DNA of 39,168 nt, taken from assembly GCA_052055015.1 (NCBI GenBank), contig JBQJIT010000057.1; one strand, given 5' to 3'. Shown here one piece after another: positions 31,080 through 39,168 of this stretch (its first letter is position 1; each line of letters opens with the position of its first letter). The notes under the pieces were generated by a model. It was given only the letters and a program-made list of their open reading frames with translations, was not told the origin of the DNA and made no database searches. This DNA is from Malassezia furfur. Taxonomy: Eukaryota. The position numbers were made by a program, and so were the translations under genes.

Positions 31080-31744
31080 ATGGTAGAACCTCTGGCGACG
31101 ATGACAAGTCATACACCTGAAGCGCATGTTGCCCATATTTTTCAACTTCTTGAGGATCAAGGAAGAGGCGACTATCTCGGCGAGTCTATTTCACAACTTG
31201 AACATTGCCTACAAGCGGCCTACTTTGCCGAGCAGGAGGTCGACGACGAAGATGTAATTATCGCAGCCCTTTTTCATGACATTGGACAATTTCTTCCTAT
31301 GTCAGAGATTCAAAATTGCAAGGCCGGAGGGCCCATGATCGATGAGAAAATGGGTGCTAACGTTGGCCGTCACGGTCACGACGTCATTGGGCAGCGCTGG
31401 CTGCTTATACATGGGTGGCCTGAGAAGGTGGCAAGCTTGGTTGGTGCTCATGTGACATCAAAACGGTATGTGTACTTTAAAGACTAACTAGCAGTTTCCT
31501 AACGGCAACTCGACCTGACTATCTGGCTTCTTTGTCCGGTGCCTCGCAAGCATCACTCCGAATGCAGGGAGGCCCATTCACCCCCGAAGAAGTGGAAAAA
31601 TTCTTGAGAAACCCTGATCATGAGGAAATGGTGAGGCTAAGACTATGGGATGACCGGGCCAAAATTGTAGGACTGAAAACTCCGCCATTGCAACACTATC
31701 AGCCAATGGCAGAGCGTGTGCTTCGTCGTTCACTGGCAGTTTAG
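31080..31744 (+). CDS. phnZ: PhnZ-like HD-domain diiron oxygenase (C-P bond cleavage); exons 31080-31465 and 31495-31744
   Basis: YLGE.ISQLEH.LQAA, AALFHDIG, H..IG, HV.SKR, LS.AS..SL..QGG, LRLWDDRAK. The 29-nt intron 31466-31494 (GTATGT..CTAAC..CAG) joins two ORF-track pieces as ...SKRFLTATRPDYLASLSGASQASL. Start may be 31080 or 31101. Confidence 0.88.
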
Positions 31745-32465
31745 GACCAGATCTGGGTGAATTTAGAATATATAATTCTGAAGGGACAAGATGTCATCGT
31801 AAGAGCATTGGTCATGTACTTTTCGGTTCATAAACCCTAAGGCACACTGGTCTGTTAAACCACAAAATGGGTCTCTTCTTGTATATGAGAACAGATAGTT
31901 GAGCATTAGAGATGCGGATCACACCATAATACCCCGACAAGCCAGCTATTTGTCGTGTCGCATATTCAATATGTGGGGATGGGTAAAACGCTTATAGTAA
32001 ATAGTCCTTTCATTTTTAACAGGACAATCACTTAAATTTCCCCAATATGAGCTAGTTCCCCTTGTCCGAATAATACTGTGTGTGATATAGCCAGCGAGAT
32101 TTGATACCCAACCGTTGAATAAGAGCCTAATAGAGCTAAGAGTTATCGGCACCTAAATCGTATGAAGCTGTCTTGTTACGACAATTAAACCTGTGGTGCT
32201 GGCAGGCTCTAGAGAAACAAAGAATAACGAATCGTAGGAAGTCCTGCGTAGTCCTGACACATTGCATGAGAAGATAGCACGACTCCGCATCAGCAGTTAT
32301 CCCGAGTTTGTAAAAACTCGATGGATGTTTGTGAAATATATATATGAATCGGTGACGAGCCTCAACAAGAAGAGTTATTGCTGCCCTTGTTTGGTCTTGA
32401 AATTGAACATTGCATAGCTAAAGTAGTGGGTCTCAAATTCAAGGCCGAGCCGAAGTCGACAACTT

Positions 32466-34042
32466 TTAACGAGGGTATCGGAAAGTCGGCCTCTCTTTAT
32501 CAGTCAAGTCGGAAAGATCAATTTGTAGTTGATGATCCGAGTCAATGCCATCGATAGATGCCATTTTAGCATCTCTTTGACGGTTCCAAAATTTATGAAT
32601 GGCAGAAATAAGCATAACAAAAAGGCCGTTCACACCAAAGAGAACAATCATTGCAATCATCGGCGTCTTGGGATTGGGAGAGACACTGTATGTCATAGGC
32701 CCAATGATGTTTCCAGCGCCGTAGGCAAGTTGAAGAGTGGCGTTAAAAATGAGACGCTTCGTTGTTCCTGAAACAGAGACACTCTGCCAGTTGTAGAACA
32801 TCGGGAGAGGGATGGCAAAGAATAGGACAAGACAGAGACCTTGGTGTAAGACAACCGTAGTCAAAGAAAGAACTTACCAGCCATTCGGGACGAGTTCTGA
32901 TCAGGTCCCAAAGCTACCATCATGATGCTGCCCACCATGGCAATAACCAATCCAATCATCGATGGGATATCACGACGGTTGCAATATGCAAAAATTGCGG
33001 CTCCCATAAATACAGCGACAACTTCAGACAACCCCTGTGCCATTTGCAATAGAGACGTGTTTTCATTGGAGAAGTCGAACTCTTTGATAATTTGACTGCT
33101 GTAAGATGTAATGCCACCGTTCGTCACACAGATGCACGCATATCCCAAAAAAAACATATAGAGTCGAATGTCCAAGAGAGCTTCCTTAAACTGGGACCAT
33201 TTAAAATGAGAATTGTGGATACCTGATTGGTTCTCAGCCACGCGATAAATGGCAATACCACGCTGTTCTTCGCTGAGATACTTGGTAGTATCTGGCGAGG
33301 TTGGCATAACGAAAAAGCACAGTATCCCCCAAGAGAAAGTCAGCACACCCAGTATAATGTATAGTTCTTGCCATTTCTTGATGTGAGCCGGTTCGCCCTG
33401 GCGAAGAATACCATAGGTGATGATACCAGCAAAAATAAAAGCCCATCCATTAAACGAAAACCAGATGACTGTGCGAATCATCTGCTCCCTGCGGGTATAA
33501 AACCGCCCAGTCATAAGGATCAGGCCCGGCGTGATAGCCGCTTCAAAAAGGCCCAGGAAAAAGCGGACAGTCAATAGCCCTCCATAATCATGGCATGCAG
33601 CGTGCAATGCGACCACTACTCCCCATACAGTAACAATGCCAGACACGTAATAGCTCAGTGGAAGGTGCTGCAAAAAATACACGTGGATCGGGGTTCCTGT
33701 AAGGTATCCGAAATAGAATATACTGTTAATCCAGGTGAATTCCCAGCTCGATTTCAGATGAGTATCTTCTTTAATATTCAAAAGAACGGCCGAGTTCAAT
33801 AGAATTTTGTCCAGCATTTGAACTGAGGGTTAGATGATTGCAATTTCCTTACATAGTACACAGCCGCACATCAACGGTATGAGGAGTAGATCGATTTTAC
33901 GAAGAACTTGTTTTTGCTGCTCTTTCGACGGTTCCCAGGCAGGAACAAGGTCCACGACTTGAACGTGCTTGCCTGGTTCGTTGTCTTTATCGGTTAGGTC
34001 TACCCCGTACTTCTCAGTCTCGATATCTTTTACCGTTGACAT
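32466..34042 (-). CDS. Allantoate permease-like MFS transporter (ACS/Dal5 family), copy 1; introns 33823-33852 and 32840-32877
   Basis: LRKIDL.LIP, SIFYFGY, RFFLGLFEAAITPG, FYTRREQ..R, SGTTKR, GNIIGP, DLTDKE.P.FRY; both introns are GTAAG..AG and restore the frame. Confidence 0.88.
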
Positions 34043-34374
34043 GACAGGGCAGTCCGTGTCGGACAGACGTCCAAGAGATTTGTTTTAAAAGAACCGTTGA
34101 AACCCCATATATTCGCCAAGTGATAAGCGCGTCGCGAGATAAATACCTGAACCAACTTATTAGGGAGAGATAAGGACATGGTGGTAAATAAGATTTAATC
34201 ACGATCGAAAAGCCTATAGCATGTATGCACGAGCCCACATGGGTCCGCAAGTATCCGATTTGTGCATGACGATGGTCCCTGATGACTCGATATCCGCAGT
34301 TGCCTAAGTATGCCACAAGGACTGTAGCGTTGTGAATGGTGCAAACATTGTCTGCGACGAGATAGCGCATCTAC

Positions 34375-35172
34375 CTAAGCGGTTTTGGTTGCGATGATGT
34401 TGCCATGGGGTACCATGTACCAGCCATTGGGAGCACCTTTCCAACGGCCAAATGCCGCCGAAATCTCCTGCATGTGTTCTTCCGAGGCGCCGTGTTCCTT
34501 GGCTTGCTTGTAGATGTTTCCGGTCAGAATGCGTTTTTCCCACATTCCGCCCCAGTAGTTCCGGGATTCGGGCGTCGCAAAGCACCATGCAAATGCGCCA
34601 GGTTCGATTTGTGTAAAACCTGCCTGCTGTGCCCAGTCTAGCAGCCTGCGCCCGGCGTCTGGCTCGCCGCCGTTCGAACGAGCAATCTTCAGGTACAGAT
34701 CCCTCCATTCGTCCAGCTTTGGGTCGCTTGGGTACCACGTGTAAGCAGAGTAGTCACTGTCGCGCGCAGCGACAATGCCGCCCGGCTTGACTACGCGCCT
34801 CAGCTCTTTCAAGGCCTGAACAGGGTCACCGACATGTTGAAGTACTTGGTGAGCATGTACTACATCAAAGGTATTATCAGCAAAGGGCAACGCGTGAATA
34901 TCACCGACGCTGTATTCTAACTGCACTCCACGACGCTCAGCCTCAGCCCGCGTGACACCAATCGCCTCCTTATCCATCTCAAGGGCGGTGACTTTGCCCA
35001 CGAGAGGCACAAAGTCGCATGTTATGGTGCCGGCGCCCGAACCCACGTCGAGCAAGTGCTGCTCTTTCTTCAAGTAAGGAAGCAAGTACTCGGCAGAGTT
35101 CTGAGCGGTGCGCCACTGGTGGCTAGCGAGGACAGAACTGTTGTATCCATGCGTGTAACGGGCCTGCGTCAT
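34375..35172 (-). CDS. Class I SAM-dependent methyltransferase (UbiE/Methyltransf_11-31 type), copy 1
   Basis: YTHG...VL.SH.WRTA.NSA.YLLP, LLDVGSGAG, GDIHALPF.DNTFDVVHAHQVLQH, RRVVKPGG; ATG at 35172. Confidence 0.88.
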   Translation of the reverse strand: MTQARYTHGYNSSVLASHQWRTAQNSAEYLLPYLKKEQHLLDVGSGAGTITCDFVPLVGKVTALEMDKEAIGVTRAEAERRGVQLEYSVGDIHALPFADNTFDVVHAHQVLQHVGDPVQALKELRRVVKPGGIVAARDSDYSAYTWYPSDPKLDEWRDLYLKIARSNGGEPDAGRRLLDWAQQAGFTQIEPGAFAWCFATPESRNYWGGMWEKRILTGNIYKQAKEHGASEEHMQEISAAFGRWKGAPNGWYMVPHGNIIATKTA

Positions 35173-35309
35173 TTTTGCCAGAAGTTGAGAGGGGCCGGCG
35201 CAAGTTAGCCTGCTTATATAACTTTCTATGTGTGGCGGTGCATGACTCCTGCCGTACATCGCGAAGTGGGTGTGGAGGCCGGCTCCTTTGGGGCCGGCTC
35301 TGGGTCAAG

Positions 35310-36149
35310 TCACTTGCGCGCGAGAATGTGCGAATGCGGGACCATGAACCAGCCGCACGGAGTGTCTTTCCACGTAGCCCAGGCCTGTGAAATGCGCTGA
35401 AGCTCCTCCTCGGTTACCCCTCGCGACCGTGCCTGATCAGCAAAATCGGAGTGCACGATGCGCTTTTCCCACGAGCCGCCCCAGTGTTCCCGGGTCTCGG
35501 GTGTCGCGAAGCACCATGTATAGATCCCGGGTGTGATATCGGTAAACCCTGCCTGCAATGCCCAGTCGAGTAGCATGGCACCTGCGTTAGGCTCTCCACC
35601 ATTCGACCGAACCGTATCAATGTACAGTTTCTTCCACGACTCGAGTCCCTCGCTGGTAGGGTACCCCGTAAATGCGGAATAGATGCTTTCGCGACACGCC
35701 ACAATCCCACCTGGCTTAAGGACACGGTGCATTTCCTTCATCGCTTCGACTTGTTTGCCCACATGCTGCAAAACTTGGTGCACATGGACTACATCGAACG
35801 TGTTATCCGAGAAGGGTAAGCGGTGGATGTCGCCCAAGGCATAGTCCATCGACACGTTCTGCCGCTGGGCTTCCTTGCGCGTCACATCAAGGGCCTCGTC
35901 GCTCACCTCCAGCGCGGTCACACGATGAACCAACCCAACAAAGCCGACAGTGATCGTACCCGCGCCTGACCCGATGTCCAGCAAGTGCTGCTCTTGATTG
36001 AGTAAGGGCAACAGGTGCCCCGCGGAATTGTATACGGTACGCCCGCGGTGGTTCGCTAGCACGGCATCACCGTAGCCGTGTGTATAACGAGAACCGGCCA
36101 TAGTCGAGAGTGCGCGGACCATCCCGTGCGTGAAACGTGCGCTGGTCAT
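35310..36149 (-). CDS. Class I SAM-dependent methyltransferase, copy 2 (tandem paralog); starts at 36149 or 36101
   Basis: Collinear with copy 1 (LLDIGSGAG, FDVVHVHQVLQH, NGGEP.AG, W.MVPH). Confidence 0.88.
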   Translation of the reverse strand: MTSARFTHGMVRALSTMAGSRYTHGYGDAVLANHRGRTVYNSAGHLLPLLNQEQHLLDIGSGAGTITVGFVGLVHRVTALEVSDEALDVTRKEAQRQNVSMDYALGDIHRLPFSDNTFDVVHVHQVLQHVGKQVEAMKEMHRVLKPGGIVACRESIYSAFTGYPTSEGLESWKKLYIDTVRSNGGEPNAGAMLLDWALQAGFTDITPGIYTWCFATPETREHWGGSWEKRIVHSDFADQARSRGVTEEELQRISQAWATWKDTPCGWFMVPHSHILARK

Positions 36150-36223
36150 GGTGGGGTGGGCACGGGCCAGGCTGTCTCCCTCCACGTCGGAAATATGGGT
36201 ACAATTTGTACTACAGTGGAGCA

Positions 36224-37760
36224 TCAATACGGGTATCGGTAAGAGGGCCGCTCCTTGTCGGTGAGGTCGGACAGGTCTACGTCGAGTTGCCCGTCCTGGT
36301 CGAATTTGTCCGCGAACAATGCTTGTCTGTCACGTCGCCGATTCCACGTAAAATGCACAGCGGTAAGGCACATCACAAAGCCGGCTGACACGGCAAACAT
36401 TACGAAGTCGACCGTCTTGGCGACGGTGTATTGTGGCGCGTCTTTGCTCTGGTACACCTGGGGACCAATTATGTTTCCCACGCAGTAGGCGATCTGGAGT
36501 ACCGCATTGAAGATGATTCGCTTTGTGGTGCCGGACACTGCGCCGCTCATCCAGCTGTAAAACATAGGGTAAGAAACCGGGAAAAAATAGAGCAGAGTTA
36601 AGCCGGCCATGCGCGACACTGACTGGCTTGCATCCAGCACGGTCATCATGACGCCACCGGCGATGGCGACGGCGTAGCCAAACAGACACGGCACGTCGCG
36701 CCGGCCGAGCCACAGGAATAACGCAGTGCCGAGCACCACAGCTACGACCTCGCCGGCGCCTTGGCACATGCCGAGCAACGCCGCCTTGGGGTTAGAGAAG
36801 TGGAAGGCTGTGATGATTTGGGACGCAAAAATGCTAATCCCACCATTGGTGATGTTCACAGTGCAGAATGCAAGGAAGAAAATGTACAGTCGAATATCGG
36901 TCAGAGCCTCGATCACCTGGTACTTTTTGATGCGGGTGTCGTGGATACCTGATTTGTTGGAGGCGACCCGCAGGATGGCGACGCCACGCTCGCGCTCGGT
37001 AAGATATTTGGTCGTCTCTGGGGAGGAAGGCATAATGAAGCTGGGTTAAGGCAGAAACGTACAAGCATAGGATCCCAAACGACACGGTGACAACGCCGAC
37101 GCCGACGAACATTTCTTGCCAGCGGTTGAGCGTCGGCGCGGGATGGATGAGGATGCCGTAGGTCATCGCGCCGCCCACGATCATAGCCCAGCCGTTCATC
37201 GAGTACCAGATGGCCACGCGGATCACCTGCTCTTTGCGCGTGTAAAAACGGCCAGTCAGGAGGATGAAGCCTGGATTGATCGCTGCCTCAAAAAAGCCCA
37301 GGAAAAAGCGCACGGCAAGGAAGGCGCCATAGTTGAGCGCCGCCGCATGACATGCAAGCACCACGCCCCATACAATCACTACCAGCGAGATGTAAGGACT
37401 GAGGGTAAATTTTTGCAGGGCGATGGCATGAAGCGGCGTGCCAGCAAGGTAGCCGAAGTAGAAAATGCTGCCGAGCCACGAATATTCCTGTTTTTCGAGG
37501 CCAAGATCTGCGCGAAAATTCATCAAGTTCGCATAGTTGATGAGTGTTTTGTCGAGCATCTGGAGCAGCACGCACCCGCTCGCGAGCGGAAGAAGCAGCC
37601 AGTCGAGCTTGTGGAGTACATGCTGGCGCTCGGCCTCGCTGATGTCCTCTTCGGGCACGAGCCCGGCAACGCCCGTATGCATGGCATGGTGCTCCATTTC
37701 CTGCGAAATGTCCAACACGTGGACGGAGGCCTTGTCGCGGTCCTCGGCGGTCGAAGACAT
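36224..37760 (-). CDS. Allantoate permease-like MFS transporter (ACS/Dal5 family), copy 2; exons 37760-37063 and 37040-36224
   Basis: Paralog of 32466-34042; removing the 22-nt intron gives GILCFFIMPSSPETT, matching GILCFFVMPTSPDTT in copy 1. Confidence 0.88.
37041..37062 (-). other. 22-nt spliceosomal intron
   Basis: GTACGTTTCTGCCTTAACCCAG: donor GTACGT, branch TTAAC, acceptor CAG; boundaries fixed by gap-free alignment to the paralog. Confidence 0.85.
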
Positions 37761-37892
37761 GGTGTCGAGACGCGTATCGAGGCGCGCCTGATAAGGTGTG
37801 GAGTGCTATCCCCTGGGGCGCTGGATCGACCCCCGCGCCTATCTCGCAGCCCCACCTCCACCTACCTGGTCCGTGCGCAGCACGTCGTGCGG

Positions 37893-39168
37893 CTACTTGG
37901 GGTTGCTATGGAAGCCCAGCACGCCAGGCAGGTCGCGCGCTCGGAGCTCGGCGCGGTGTACGCGCGAGTCACCGGTAAACAGGCGACGTGCCTCGTAGGC
38001 CTGTACACTGGCGTCACGTGTGCCGACAGTGATGTGCGCTGTGCGCTGCCGCCGGCGCAGCACGTCTTCGGTCACGTCGGGCAATGCATCGGAGTGCATG
38101 CGGTCGATCTCGAGCGCCATCACATCATCGTTCCAGCAGAGCGCCGCGACATGCAGCGTAAACGCGGGCCGGTCGGCCGCATTACGGATCGCGATCGGGT
38201 ACAGCTGGTCCCACAGCGCGGCTGCCTCGGCTTCCTGGTCGCTGCGATGCACGAGCGTGACGTGCTGCCGGTTCATAACGCGCCCGTTGGCCCGCATCGC
38301 CTCGATCAGCGGCATAGCCTGTGCGCGAACCTCTTCGGGCAGCATCGCGAGCTGCTGCAGCACAAAGTCGAGCACGTGCACGTGGACAAACACACCAATG
38401 TACGATGTGGGATGCACCTTGGTGGGATCCTCGCGCGCGACGTCTGGCAGCGCCTTTTTCGTCGTCGGCGCATATGTGCGCGCGGCCTCGAGCGCATGTG
38501 CTCGCTCTGCCTCGCTTGGCATCGGGAGCGCGAGCAGTGGGCACAGTACCTCGAGGACATGCTGGAGCGCCGCGTCGAGCGATGCGTCCAGCTCCATCCA
38601 GACGGCATCGGAGAACTGGTCGTCGGATGCGCCGACGGTACCCTCGCCGCTGGTCTGCGCCTGGAAGCTCTGGATTTCCTTGAGGAAGCGCGTGAGGATA
38701 GCGTCGTACTGGAACGGCGCGGTGCGGTCCTCGACGCGCAAACACTGGTGCCGATCGCCGCGGTCGACGATGCGCGCAGCGCACACGTGCTGAACGGCGG
38801 CGTGCGACAGGCCGTCCAGGCGCCACGCCAGCGCCACGAGGCGCACGCGCGGGCCTGGCTGTCCGTTCTTTTGGGGGCCACTCACGCGGCGCACCAAATC
38901 GACGATCTCGTCGCGGTGCTTGCGCAGGTGGTTGTTGCGGTCGGCGATCACCACGTCGTGCGTGTCAAGCGCCTTTTGCACATTGCTCAGGAAAGCAGGG
39001 CCCGTGCGTTTCGTCGTGACGTCGTCGCTCTGTACATGCGCCCACCCAAACAGCTGCGCGAGTGCCACGCCCAGCGCCGTCTTTCCGCAGCCAGGAACGG
39101 CGATCGGCACAATGAGCGTCTTGGCAAAGGGGCGGTCGTCGGCGCGCAGGTCGCGCGCGGGGCCGCCA
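37893..39168 (-). CDS. TRL1: Fungal tRNA ligase, kinase and cyclic phosphodiesterase domains (5' part outside the window)
   Basis: P-loop PIAVPGCGKT...FGWAHVQSDD, VIADRNNH, two 2H motifs HVTL and HITVGT. Confidence 0.92.
   Translation of the reverse strand, partial: GGPARDLRADDRPFAKTLIVPIAVPGCGKTALGVALAQLFGWAHVQSDDVTTKRTGPAFLSNVQKALDTHDVVIADRNNHLRKHRDEIVDLVRRVSGPQKNGQPGPRVRLVALAWRLDGLSHAAVQHVCAARIVDRGDRHQCLRVEDRTAPFQYDAILTRFLKEIQSFQAQTSGEGTVGASDDQFSDAVWMELDASLDAALQHVLEVLCPLLALPMPSEAERAHALEAARTYAPTTKKALPDVAREDPTKVHPTSYIGVFVHVHVLDFVLQQLAMLPEEVRAQAMPLIEAMRANGRVMNRQHVTLVHRSDQEAEAAALWDQLYPIAIRNAADRPAFTLHVAALCWNDDVMALEIDRMHSDALPDVTEDVLRRRQRTAHITVGTRDASVQAYEARRLFTGDSRVHRAELRARDLPGVLGFHSNPK

Noticed and set aside
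30933..31744. PhnZ, amine oxidase, agmatinase and permease genes appearing as broken ORFs (possible pseudogenes)
   Set aside because: Each break is explained by a canonical short GT-AG intron that restores the frame.
31745..32465. AT-richer intergenic gap as a possible centromere
   Set aside because: Only about 0.7 kb and moderately AT-rich; Malassezia-type centromere cores are longer and much more AT-rich.
1..39168. CRISPR arrays, tRNA/rRNA genes, transposases, bacterial contamination
   Set aside because: None seen; spliceosomal introns and a Zn2Cys6 factor within the island show it is fungal sequence.

Overview
Compact fungal genomic DNA, most consistent with a Malassezia-like basidiomycete yeast (inferred from very short intergenic spacers, 22-38 nt GT-AG introns, secreted phospholipase C and a bacterial-type NAT). 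GC-rich housekeeping genes (TAF8-like and IML2 on the left, tRNA ligase TRL1 on the right) flank a ~34 kb, visibly lower-GC block of nutrient-scavenging and detoxification genes. The main result is an apparent oxidative phosphonate-catabolism cluster at ~20.8-31.7 kb: a PhnY-like Fe/2-oxoglutarate dioxygenase and a PhnZ-like HD diiron oxygenase as separate genes, bracketing a Zn2Cys6 regulator and a Git1-like MFS transporter, next to a secreted phospholipase C. Pho4-type CACGTG/T boxes lie upstream of the PLC, PhnY, transporter and PhnZ genes, and TCGG-N6-TTCCGA occurs upstream of both oxygenases. The block also holds a secreted agmatinase plus copper amine oxidase pair, a decayed amino-acid permease, three paralog pairs (one with a gene-conversion tract) and 22-23 nt introns. 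All family assignments come from motif recognition and recalled sequences, not database searches. GC statements are estimates by eye.
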